Shown: positions 9,511-20,600 of the stretch, in pieces
How the letters are laid out: each line of letters starts with the position of its first letter
Position numbering within the stretch: the first letter of the stretch is position 1
Source: a virus
Lineage: Duplodnaviria > Caudoviricetes
IMG/VR virus record: IMGVR_UViG_3300021387_000334
Location: 9,028 to 73,027 of that record
Length of the DNA stretch: 64,000 nucleotides
Direction: 5' to 3' (one strand)
Translations under genes and position numbers: made by a program
The notes under the pieces: generated by a model
What the model was told of the DNA's origin: nothing
Database searches by the model: none
The model's input: the letters and a program-made list of their open reading frames with translations, nothing else

Positions 9511-9899
9511 GGACGGAGTATTTCAACATCGGTGATGATGATTGGGGTATCGTACTCTGCTACGACTACGACCTCTTGGACTATGACCGTATATGGTCTA
9601 TCATCCGTGCCACGGGAGTATCTGACGAAAAGGCGCAGTATGCCATGAGTGTACTGAGTCTGCCAGATACGGGCATGACGTTGACAAGCTTCTCGGATAT
9701 GATGTCGTTCCTGTTCGTGAGTCGTTCAAGTTCCGATGAGCAATGGTTTGACACGCTGATCCACGAGCTGAAGCATGTGGTGGAGCATATCAGCGAATTC
9801 TATCGCGTAGACCCCAAAAGCGAACCAGCTGCATACCTTCAAGGAGAAATAGGCAGGCAACTGTTCCCACTGATAATGCAGAAGATGTGCGATTGTTAA
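9507..9899 (+). CDS. Zincin-like metallopeptidase-motif protein (cassette)
   Basis: LIHELKHVVEHI...SEPAAYLQG (HExxH plus downstream Glu); ATGA coupling. Confidence 0.65.
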   Translation: MRTEYFNIGDDDWGIVLCYDYDLLDYDRIWSIIRATGVSDEKAQYAMSVLSLPDTGMTLTSFSDMMSFLFVSRSSSDEQWFDTLIHELKHVVEHISEFYRVDPKSEPAAYLQGEIGRQLFPLIMQKMCDC

Positions 9900-9900
9900 G

Positions 9901-9929
9901 AAGGAGGCGAGCGGCCTCCTTTTTATTTT
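9901..9929 (+). terminator. Intrinsic terminator closing the cassette
   Basis: AAGGAGGC-GAGCG-GCCTCCTT then T-run. Confidence 0.75.
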
Positions 9930-9953
9930 ATTAACCTTCCCCCAAATAGCACT

Positions 9954-9996
9954 TGTAAAAACACGGCGAACACAAGCCTGATATACATTAGCTTTG
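9954..9996 (+). promoter_or_regulatory. Late promoter copy 3 (tail spike)
   Basis: TGTAAAAACACGG-N22-TAGCTTTG-CGCC. Confidence 0.8.
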
Positions 9997-10014
9997 CGCC
10001 ATAAAACGTGTATT

Positions 10015-13000
10015 ATGCCTACATATAGAGACGATGAACATCTAGGCCACAAAGTGCCACTTGTTGAAACAGATGACATACTGAAAGGGGCCGTCACCAC
10101 CGATAAGATTTCGGATGGTGCAGTAACTACCGAAAAGATTGCCGACGGAGCCGTTACCACGGACAAGATTAAGGACGGAGCCGTAACGGGTGACAAAATA
10201 CAAGATCATGCCATCACTCCGCAGCAGCTACCCGAAGACTTTGAGGTGACGGAACGCATGATTGCAGATCAGGCCATCGGAACGGACAAGATTGCTGACA
10301 ATGCCGTGACCACTCCGAAGATAGCCAACCAAGCAGTAACTACCGATAAGATAGCCGACCAGAACGTGACGGAGGAAAAACTGGCTCCCGGTGCTGTCAC
10401 CACGGAGAAGTTGGCTGATGGCATGATAGAGCAGCTACAGACCATTACGGATGCAGAGCCGACACCTGATAGCGTGAAGCCCCTGCAAAGCGGAGGTGCC
10501 GCCAGTGTGTTAGGCCATTACATAGAGAACCCAGAATTTGTGCGTGCAGTCACAGACAATGAGGACAAGGTTCTCTATGGTGTTCAGGCAGATGGTAACT
10601 TTTACTTCGGTGCAGGCTGCCCCCAGCAGGTGAAGGACTATATTCAGAAGCAGATAGACACTATCATGGGAGTTGGTGATGTCACAGAGAAGATAGACAC
10701 CATCAATGAGATGATAGCCTTTTTCGACCAGATAAGCCATGATGATAACATAAAGTCCTTACTTGATACACTCGATGTTAAAAAGGTTGATAAGGAGGAA
10801 GGAAAGAGCCTTATTGATGCAGAGTATGCAGAAGCTGTTCATTATATTGAGTCTCCAGAGTTTGCAGAAATTAAGCTTGATGTTGATGGTAAGATACTTG
10901 AAGCTATTTATAAAGATGGTACTAAGTTACTACCTGCTGGAGTTAAGGTGAATGGTGATGTTGAATATAATGGTGCTACAATTACAACTGTTGACAATCC
11001 TGAGTTTGTAGGAGCATGGATTGATACAGTAGGACATATTCTTATGGCCATTAAAGGTGATGGTGATATATATTATGGTTGTGGTGTTTCCTCACAAATT
11101 AAGGCTTATATTGACGAAAAAATCAAGGAGGTATCTCCAGAGGGTGTGCAGGATATAATAAACTTTATCGGTGAATATCTTGGTAGCACTACTCTTCAGG
11201 AACTTCTTGACAAAAAAGTTAATGGGGAGTATATTGAGAATCCTGAATATATTGATGTAAAGCTTGATGCTGATGGTAAGATACTTGAAGGTATTAACAA
11301 AAACGGAGAAAAAGTATTTGGAATATTACCCCCACAAATAAAGCAAGAAATAGAAAGCAATCCTTTACCTTATACTAATGCAATGAGTACTTATAAAGAG
11401 TCACAGCAGACAGTTTCTCTAAAAAGAGAAGTTGCTGCTTTAACACAAGAATTAAACTCATTGAAATCAATTAAAAATGGTAGCACTCAGGATACTGTTA
11501 TTGTCAATCTGAGAAATACCAATAAAAAGAAATTAATACTGAATCTTCATAAAAGGACTGATACAGGAACTGCTCAAAGTAATGATGTCTTCTTACCTAA
11601 TGCTAGAAATGACTTTAGTGATGTAAGAATATTCTGTAATGAAGAAATGCTTCCGTACAAAGTGATAGCAACAGGTAATTATGACATAATTCCTGCTTCT
11701 GAATTTGGTAATGATGTTACTGGTGAAGTATTGCAAAATTCACATGGTACTTTGTTTACCGTAAGCAGTATATCTTCTTGGAAACCGAGTATATCAGATG
11801 ATAATGGTAAGACATGGAATGCTCTTAGTGACATAGAATCAGGTCTTGTAAATGGCATTATAGTTTCTATTACTCAGAATGACACGCTTCTTGTTTCTAA
11901 AGCAGGTGTCTTATATAGGTCTGAATACCCATATACGTCGAAAGAACAAGTACTCGATATTACTTCTGAAGATGGTGTATCTTATACAGGTTGTTTTATT
12001 CTTAGACAGCATGTATGCCAGCATCCTGATGGTGAACTTTTCCTTGGCAGTTATCAGAACGAACATGCTGTAAGATTCTATAAATCTACAGATGACGGAA
12101 GGACATGGACTAAAATTTTTCATAATGCTAAATATCAGCATTGTCATAGGATAATGTGTGATACAAACCAGACTCCTTCTGTTATTTATGCTGGTGCCGA
12201 TGAAACTAATGGACTGTATTATTCTACTGATAAAGGAGAAACTTGGATTGATTTGAATGAAAACGGGAATCTGCCAGGAGCTATAGACCAAGGAATCATT
12301 TATGCTGGAAACGGATTTAGACTGCTTGGTGGTGAGACTACTGTTATTGGAGGTCATTCTATTATCAGGACAACGGATGATATAAATTTCTATCCAGTAC
12401 TCTCTGTTGGAGAAGGTAGTTATCAAGTAGGTAAACTGCCTCATTCTAACGTATTGTTTGCAAGTACAAGTAGTTGTCAAAGTTTTCTTACTACGCAAAT
12501 ATTGGTGTCTTATGATAATGGTATGTCTTGGAAGTCTACCTATAATACTATGAGAGTAAAAAGTGGTGGAACTTCTGATGGTTTTAGGTTTTTAAGTAAT
12601 CTTGTCGATGTAGATACAAATAAGCCTTATTTACTATTTGGATGTCAAAATAACCCACAATTCAAACAAAAAAGCCTAAAGGTTATCTCTGATTCAGATA
12701 CTTATTTTGCAGAAATAGTGGTTGATGTTCCTGATAATATCAGTTCAATTAGGGTTGAAAGCGGATATTTGGTCAGTGATAACAGGACTGTTTTTAATGA
12801 TTCTGAACCAGAGCAGGGTAGTATATTGTTTAAACTTGAACCAATAAACAATAATTTACTTTGTAATAAGTCCAACCAATCTTTTTATAAGGGTAGCTTT
12901 AATCTTGCAGAACCTATAAAGAAGTTAGGTAATATCTATCCGCCTATAACTAGCGGAGGTTTTGCACTTTCTTTGGATTCTGACTTGCCTTTGACAGGTA

Positions 13001-13461
13001 TTGATTTAGATATATCCCGTTATAATGCAATTACCATAAGTTTTTGGGCTTTATTTAAAGGAAATTGTGAGTTTAACATTGTTAATGGTATCAGATTTAA
13101 GCATTTAGCTGTTAAAAGAGCTGATGGTTCAATGGCTACTTCCGAATGTGCAGTATTCTATATTTTTGATGATGTTGTTGGTTTTCATTCAGAAGGGCCA
13201 ACTTTAGATGTTGCAAAAAAATTCGATATTGTCTTGGATTTTAACAATAATGAAATGACTGTATTTGTCAATGGAGGAGGTTATCCTGTAAAAAAGCCAG
13301 TTAATTTGAGTAATTACAGACATATTCAATCTTGGAAGATACTTGAACCGATACAATATGCTGATAATGTAAGAATATCGGAATTTATTATTAAAAATGG
13401 TATTAGTAGTATAGATGAGTTAGACTTTGAATATTCTAATTTAGATGACAATAATAATTAA
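10015..13461 (+). CDS. Tail fibre/spike with Asp-box (BNR) beta-propeller and LamG-like C-terminus
   Basis: 10-aa DGAVTTxKIA repeats; four NPE(F/Y) modules; Asp boxes SDDNGKTW, STDDGRTW, STDKGETW, SYDNGMSW. Confidence 0.8.
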   Translation: MPTYRDDEHLGHKVPLVETDDILKGAVTTDKISDGAVTTEKIADGAVTTDKIKDGAVTGDKIQDHAITPQQLPEDFEVTERMIADQAIGTDKIADNAVTTPKIANQAVTTDKIADQNVTEEKLAPGAVTTEKLADGMIEQLQTITDAEPTPDSVKPLQSGGAASVLGHYIENPEFVRAVTDNEDKVLYGVQADGNFYFGAGCPQQVKDYIQKQIDTIMGVGDVTEKIDTINEMIAFFDQISHDDNIKSLLDTLDVKKVDKEEGKSLIDAEYAEAVHYIESPEFAEIKLDVDGKILEAIYKDGTKLLPAGVKVNGDVEYNGATITTVDNPEFVGAWIDTVGHILMAIKGDGDIYYGCGVSSQIKAYIDEKIKEVSPEGVQDIINFIGEYLGSTTLQELLDKKVNGEYIENPEYIDVKLDADGKILEGINKNGEKVFGILPPQIKQEIESNPLPYTNAMSTYKESQQTVSLKREVAALTQELNSLKSIKNGSTQDTVIVNLRNTNKKKLILNLHKRTDTGTAQSNDVFLPNARNDFSDVRIFCNEEMLPYKVIATGNYDIIPASEFGNDVTGEVLQNSHGTLFTVSSISSWKPSISDDNGKTWNALSDIESGLVNGIIVSITQNDTLLVSKAGVLYRSEYPYTSKEQVLDITSEDGVSYTGCFILRQHVCQHPDGELFLGSYQNEHAVRFYKSTDDGRTWTKIFHNAKYQHCHRIMCDTNQTPSVIYAGADETNGLYYSTDKGETWIDLNENGNLPGAIDQGIIYAGNGFRLLGGETTVIGGHSIIRTTDDINFYPVLSVGEGSYQVGKLPHSNVLFASTSSCQSFLTTQILVSYDNGMSWKSTYNTMRVKSGGTSDGFRFLSNLVDVDTNKPYLLFGCQNNPQFKQKSLKVISDSDTYFAEIVVDVPDNISSIRVESGYLVSDNRTVFNDSEPEQGSILFKLEPINNNLLCNKSNQSFYKGSFNLAEPIKKLGNIYPPITSGGFALSLDSDLPLTGIDLDISRYNAITISFWALFKGNCEFNIVNGIRFKHLAVKRADGSMATSECAVFYIFDDVVGFHSEGPTLDVAKKFDIVLDFNNNEMTVFVNGGGYPVKKPVNLSNYRHIQSWKILEPIQYADNVRISEFIIKNGISSIDELDFEYSNLDDNNN

Positions 13462-13488
13462 TAATTAATAATATAAAATAATAAAAAT

Positions 13489-14343
13489 ATGAGTACAAAT
13501 TGTTTAGTTACAAAGCTTAAGGGTATTGTTAATAACCCTTCTCTTGAGAAATTAGGAGTAATTAACGTTGAGTTTGTAGAAGGCGGTGCTGTTCTTTTCT
13601 CTGAAGAGCAAGAAGTAACTCTTCTAAATGGTACGTTTAAGAGTACTGGAAATAACAAAATAACCATTTCTGCAAATACCATGTTCTATTTCACTACAAA
13701 CACTTGTATATTGAATACTGGTGAAACAATTTATAATGTTGAAGTTCCGAAATATCATTTATGTGGTGCAAGGGGAATTGCAAGCAATATAGTTGACTTA
13801 AATAAACTCTACAAATGGAGTGACGCACCTTATGTTGAATTGTATTTTCTTAGTGGAACACATACTATTAAAGGAATTAATGACTATACAGGAAAGTTTG
13901 GAGGACAGTTAGTCACTACTTCTGGTCAGTTTGTGCCAACTGAAAAATGGAATGTAAATAACCTCGGCATTAATGGTAGATTGACAAGACTGTATATCAG
14001 TCATTTTGCAAATGGTTGGATGGAAGGTAATTTTGATAACTTAGGATGTAGTCCTTTGACAGAGATTGTATTCCCTGGCGGACTTGCAGAAAATTGCTCT
14101 TTTAACATTGAGAGTTTCGTAAGAAATAATGTTGCAAATGGAAGAGCTACATACAGTATTTCTAACTTTGCTCATCCTGGTGCTGTAAATGCTATGTTTA
14201 AGGAAAATCTTTTGACTTCAGATGTTAATAAAAACTATAGTATATCTTGGACTCCAAGTGCGACAGCAGGAAGTACAGATATAGTCCTCACTGACAAGAG
14301 CACAGGCACTTCTCAAACAGAGACGATTACCAATGTCGGTTAA
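13489..14343 (+). CDS. Tail-fibre-associated protein (low GC)
   Basis: N-terminus CLVTKLKG resembles ORFs typically following Bacteroidales phage fibres (recollection). Confidence 0.6.
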   Translation: MSTNCLVTKLKGIVNNPSLEKLGVINVEFVEGGAVLFSEEQEVTLLNGTFKSTGNNKITISANTMFYFTTNTCILNTGETIYNVEVPKYHLCGARGIASNIVDLNKLYKWSDAPYVELYFLSGTHTIKGINDYTGKFGGQLVTTSGQFVPTEKWNVNNLGINGRLTRLYISHFANGWMEGNFDNLGCSPLTEIVFPGGLAENCSFNIESFVRNNVANGRATYSISNFAHPGAVNAMFKENLLTSDVNKNYSISWTPSATAGSTDIVLTDKSTGTSQTETITNVG

Positions 14344-14390
14344 GTATGGATCCATACAAAGGCACATAGTTATTGTAATAACTCAATACA

Positions 14391-14420
14391 AAAGGCAGTC
14401 ACTTCGGTGGCTGTCTTTTT
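14391..14420 (+). terminator. Intrinsic terminator
   Basis: AAAGGCAGTCAC-TTCG-GTGGCTGTCTTTTT. Confidence 0.8.
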
Positions 14421-14428
14421 GTATAAAT

Positions 14429-14459
14429 AAAAAGGTAGAAGCCTTTTAACTTCTACCTT
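14429..14459 (-). terminator. Probable terminator for minus-strand transcription
   Basis: AAGGTAGAAG...CTTCTACCTT with upstream A-run. Confidence 0.55.
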
Positions 14460-14643
14460 CTCCTCTGCTTTCCGTCAAATATATTACTGACAAGGTTTGC
14501 AAGGACGTTCCTGTTAAAGTCATCCTCATTCTCCTGATGGTGCCTGCTGAGATAAGTATTGACTACCTGACACAGCTGATGGAGCATGACATTGTTCTCA
14601 TGCACCTCAGAGTTAACTCTACCAATTCATGTAGCTTGGCCTT

Positions 14644-17600
14644 TCAATCCTTCCCTACTCCATCAAGCAAGTCCACCACGGCCTTCACCTGCTCATTGTA
14701 GAGCCTCCGCAGTTCCTTGCGCTCCCTGCCTTCGGCCTTGTTTGCAGCCTTGTTAATCTTTGATAGTTGCTTGTCGGCCTCACGAACGATTTCCATCCTT
14801 ACATAGTCTTCGCCCGTGACGATGTTCTCCAGTTTCATCAGAGCCATCGGGTCTTCGGCGGCGGCACCCTCATAGCCTTTGACCGCATCGTGAAGCTTCT
14901 CAGCATCAGCCTTGTACTTGCGGTACTTGGCCTGCGTGCGGTAGTACTGAGTCCTGTCATCGCCCTGCTGCACGAAGGCTTTCACGCCCTCAATCTTTCG
15001 GATATTGAAGTCGGGAGCCTCACCCTCTACGAGGAGGTCTTTCAGGTCTTTTCCTGCACCTACGAGCGTGTTGCCGAGGAACTTGCCGGGGCCACCGCTG
15101 TACTGCTCCCACAGATACTGCACGATGGCGGGGTTCACCTCCAGCTTGCCTCTCACGATGTCATCACCTCCACCAAGCTCATGCAGGAGCTTTGAGGCAT
15201 TCACCAGAGCGGGATTCGTACCAGAGTACACCATCTGATACTCAGGGGTGAACTGGTCGTTCTGGAACTTGTCTTCCCGGTAGATAGGCCTGCCCGTCCA
15301 GCCGAGGTTCTGCCCGACGGCCACCAATGGAGCCAGTACGGAGAAGGTGCGGCCTACCAACTCGTCAACGGGGTCTTCCATCAGTCCTCCCTTGGTTATC
15401 TTGGTGTCGATGTCTACAGGCGAGAAGGTGTTCATGATGCCCACCATCTCCTCGTCGATGCTGCGGTCTACGGGCTTCAGGTTCGGGGCGTAGGTAAGTC
15501 CGGCAAACATATCGCCAAGGGCGAGGAAGGCTGCAAGTTCCTGTCCGATAGGTATGGTAATGAAGTTGTTATTGCCGATATAGATACAGATATTCTTCCG
15601 TCGGGTCCACTCCGGCAGATTGGCGTATGGATCATCATCGTCGCCCCCAAAGGCTGCGGCCAATGCCTGATTGATCATCGGCAGCGCAAGTCCGAAAGCA
15701 AACGGAGGCAGGGCATACCTGGCTGCCCACTTGGCGATATATCCCTTGTTCAAAGAGCCATCGGCCTTCTGGAAGTTCTTAAACGTGGTAGCGATAGCCT
15801 GCACGGTGGCATTGAAGAATATTCTGCCCTCACCGAGTATCTGCGAGGTCACACCGAATGCCTTGGCTGCATCCTCAACCACCTTGTTCTGGCTCTTGAA
15901 TCCTGCTGTCTTACTGCCTGCACCCTTCTTGTTGAAGTTCACAGTTATCTCCTTGGCATCGTAGGCAGCGCGAGCCTTAGTCCGTCCGGCATAGTGTCTC
16001 GATGCACGGAAGGTGGCAAAGCGGGCATTGTTCTCGATACCCTCATTCAGCGCTTCGATGGCTCCCAGGGTGTATTCCCATACCTTATTATTAAGTCTGA
16101 CGGGCTTACCATCCTTCTGCTGCTTATACAGTTTCTCCATCTGCTTCTGAATATCGTCTATCTTCTGCATCTGTACGAAACCCGTGATACCGCCGTTATC
16201 CATGAAATCCTTGAAGTCGCGCTCCATTTCATTATCCATATTGAGCGTTCCCTCACGATATTTCCTGAACAGGCCAACCATCTTGAAGAGCGACTGACGG
16301 TAGTACTTGTTGGCACGCTTTGCATAGCCACGTCCCTCCCTCACGCCAAGCATCGTCCTGAAGTGAGTCCAGTCGCGGAACATATTCCTCAGAGCGAACG
16401 TAGGAGAGTAAGAGGTGAATACTGAGGCCATGAAGTTCTTGACGGCATTGTTCCACTTCGAGAACACATTCTTGCCACGCTCAAACCTCAGCTGACCATT
16501 CAGAGCCTGCGCCATTCTCGGGTTGCCGACAACTATCATCCGTTTCTGCTGGCCGTTGATCCTCACCTCAATCACATGCTCCGACTTCTTTTTCTTATCC
16601 ATCGGCACATAGTCGAACTTCTCCTTACCCCTTATCTTGATGGCCTTGTTCTCCTTGGCGAGTTCCTTCATCTCCTCTTCAAAGGCAACAACGGCCTGCC
16701 GGATCTCCTCTTCATCCATATCGTCGTTGATGTCGGGATAGGCTTCCTCAAACTCTCCAGTGGCCTCATTCAGTTTTGCCCAAGTGTCACTCAGCACCAC
16801 CAAGTCGTTCGGATTGGTCTGGCACAGCCTGTAGAGCTTCTGATTCACAAGGTTCTGATTGCAGTCAGAGATAGCCTTATACGTCATGGCAAAGATAGTC
16901 GAGATAGGATAGTTTGCCTCAGAGCCACGTCCTTTGGCGTGCTTCAAGAGCCCTCCGATATAGGATTTCTCCTTGCCCTTGGCCGTGAAGTACTGATACA
17001 TATCCTCTCCCGTGTCGTTCTTGAATCCCCGCATGGGCACGTACCAGTGGAACATTTGTTCTATCTTGTCTATCTGCTCGTCGCTGCGCATGCCGCTCTC
17101 CCGATAACGCTCCAAACCATAACGGGTGCAGTTCTGTATCTGCTCCCATAAGGTATCCACATTCTCTGCCTCGATAGCATCCTCAGTATCCATCAATTCT
17201 GCGATAATCTCGTCTTCGTCATATTTTCCGTCCTCGTCACCATACATAGCTCTGAATCCAGAATAGTCATTCTCTGAAGGATTATACGCTCCATCTATGT
17301 TGTCAAGAATGAAATTAGTCAGTCCGGCAAGATAGTCGGCAAAGTTAATATCTCCTGTTTGTAGGTCGAGATAATTCTTCTGCTTCAAGGCAACCAATCG
17401 TTCTTCTATGCTGTCAATATACTCTTTGTGTGCCTCCTGCAAAGCTTTGGCAAGTTCCTTCTCCTTCTGTTCTTCGGTCTCAATATCGCCATCCTCAAAC
17501 AGGGTCTCGATAACCTCTGCCTTGTGGTCGAAGATGTCCTGCTCTTCGGGGTTCAAGTCCTCATACTTACGGATATTCTTGTTACGCTCCCGCTCTAACC

Positions 17601-20600
17601 AGTCTCTTACGAAGAACTCCCTGTTACGCTCCAAGCCGCTCTTGGTGTAGACGTATCTGTCAACGTCACCCCAATTCATGCCAGTGCGGTTCATAATCTT
17701 GTTGATGGTGTCGATCAACGGGTCACGCAGCATGGAGTTGAACAAGTCCTGCTCATTCTTGTTCTTGCCGTGCATCAGATTCTCAGCCATATAAGCATTC
17801 TGACTGTCTGGAATAGCCTTGTCATGCGCGATAGCGTTCTGTGCCGTCTTTAGCGCAATCATACTGTCCTGATAAGCCTCAGTAAACACAGTCTCTACTC
17901 TGTTCAGACGCTCGTCATAGACTGCCTTCTCGCTATACTCCATCGGGTCATCAATATCCTCGCTATAACCTGCGTCCATATCTGAGCCTCGTTTTGTAGA
18001 CCGCTGTAGTACAGCGGTTCTATTCTCCCGCTCCAACCGATGCAAGAAGGCAGCTCTCTTGATGGCACTCATAGGCTCACCCTCTCGCAGTTGATTCTCA
18101 CTCAACCAGAACAGATAGCGAACATCAGTAATGGTCGGGTTAGTCCTATAGCCTATCTCCCTGAGTATGTCGCCTACCCATCCGGCAAGCTTCTGCCAAA
18201 GGGTGCGTCTCTCCTGTCGCTCTGCCACAACCTTCTCGGCTTCTCTTGCCAACCACTCGTCGATGGCTTTGTGCAGACTCCAGCCGTTGACCTGCATCCT
18301 GCGGGTTACCCAATCACCCATTTCTCCGTCCTTGTGCTGCATCCATAGACGGTTGAGCAACTTTCCGTAGTTATCTGCTCCAAGCAGTTCTCGGAGTCCT
18401 ACGTGGGCTACTGTCTCATGCCAGATGGTTTGCTCTGCCTTATAGATGGAGTCGATGTCGGGCAGATAGAGGTAGATACGACCGTTCTCAAACCATCCAT
18501 ACACCTTCTTGCCTTGCTTGTGCATATTCTCGATATGCTCACGGCGTGCCTTATTTCTTACTCCGTTGATGGAGGTGATGACTGTTGTGCGGTTACGTGT
18601 ACCAAGCTTGTTCAGAAGGTTCTCCACATGCTTGCGGATATTCTCCTTGTGTCTGGTAGACTGAGGCTTTGCCTTTGCTTCTCCCTCCGAATAGCCGCTG
18701 TTCTTGGCTTTCTTGCCATAAACAGAGGAATAGGTCTTTCCCTTGTTGGGGCCATCAACTATCTTGCCTCGGTTGTCGGTTTCTACAAACTTCACACCTT
18801 CCTTCTCCAAGGCTTCACGCTGGGCAGGGGTAACGACATTGGTAGGCATTACCTCTACCTTGCAATTGATCTGCTTGGCTATGCTCTTGGCTACTTCCTC
18901 AGTAGGCACAATCCTTACTGGCTTATCCCATCTTGAAAGAATTACTTCGCGGGTTCCTGTCAACTGCCCCTGGATGATACCTGCCTTCCACTCCAAACGG
19001 CCTACGGCATCCTTGGCTTTCTCTGCCTTATAGCCGCTGGTCAGTTCGCTTTCGGGTACTTCCACCTCTACAACAACGAGGTTCGGACGGTTCTGCGCCT
19101 CGCTGAACTGGTCGTTGAGCATGGTGGTGGAGGTATGGATATAGGGGTTGTAGGCTGCAAACAGACTCTTGCCGTTGTCCTTGGTCAACTTGAATACCCA
19201 CTTGCCGTTTCTCTTCACGGCTTTCTCTGGGTGCTCGTCTGACTTCTCCCACTTGCCTAACTCTATTGGCTCACGCAACTGTCCGTCCTGCTTGGTGGCC
19301 ATCGGGGGATAGAGCTTGCCGTCAATAAGACTCATGGCACGGTACACCTTTATCTTTGGCTCTCTCTCCAGTCGCTCAATGACTTCTTCATCGGTCTCTT
19401 CACTATATCCACCCTCTAAAGTGTTCAGTTCATCCTCTTCAATATCCTCCGAATAGCCGGAGTCAATATCGTTGTTGGTATCTTCTTTCTTCGACTGCAC
19501 GGTAACGCCTAACTCGTCCAAACGCTTCAATACCTTATCAAGATTCTCTTCCTTGAAGTCGGCTTTCAATGCTGAACTACCCTCAAACTGTCCGTCCATC
19601 AAACTCAACAACACTTTGTCGTTAAAGTACTTCTCGCCCTTCTTCTTCGACTTCGGTACTTTCAGGGTATAGCTCATCCAGCTGCCATAACCATCAGCCT
19701 TGATGGTCACGTCACCGTCCGCAGAGGTGATCTTCCTGTCTTTACCCCAATCATCCAAGTCTGCCTTGGCAGAGGAAATAGGATTCTGACTGGTCAATGC
19801 ACCTGGATCAAATCTTTCTCCCATCAGCACGCCTTGACGAATTTCACCCGTGTCGGTGGTATAAGAAATGAGTTTGCCACCTTGCCTCTGCTTCTGGAGT
19901 GAGGTTAATGCTTTAAGCAAATTGCCGGTAATGATATAGCCTTTCTTCCTCGTGGCGGTAGAGGTCAGCTTATCCCAATTATCCACATTCTGCTCCAGCA
20001 CCTTCATCATATTGGCAATATTACTGCCAAAGAATCCACTACGCGATTGTGCGCTCTGCTGAACAATGATGGGCTTGATGTCTCTCTTCTCACCATTGCT
20101 CTGCTTCACCATACCGCTGATAGGAATGGTTATCTTCCTGCGACCGTCCAAGGTGGCAAAGGAAATCGTACTGGCGGCAGTAGAGAAGTTGTCGCTTATC
20201 TTGATGTCTATCACTTTACCAAATGATGGTTCAAAACTCAACTCGCCTAAGTCGTAGATGTCGGTAGGCAGCGCATATACCCCATCGGTAGTGAAGGTCT
20301 CCAAGGCATCCACAAAGGCTTGTTTCTGCTTGTCAACGGCATCCAGAGCGGCCTGCAGTTTCTCCATTTCCTCCTTATAGAAATGGTCGTACTGATACTG
20401 ACCGTTCTTCTCTATCTCAGCATCGGTCATTCCGTTCTTTTCCTGCGCTTTCTTGGCTCCCTTGATATACTTCTCTTTCTCGGCCTGCGCTTTCTTCTCG
20501 GCTCTGGCGGTAATGGTGTCGGTGGCATCCTTCTTCTTCTCTGCCTCCCACTTATCCAGCCTCTCCAGCACGCCCTGCTTGTATTCATCCCAGGTCTTGC

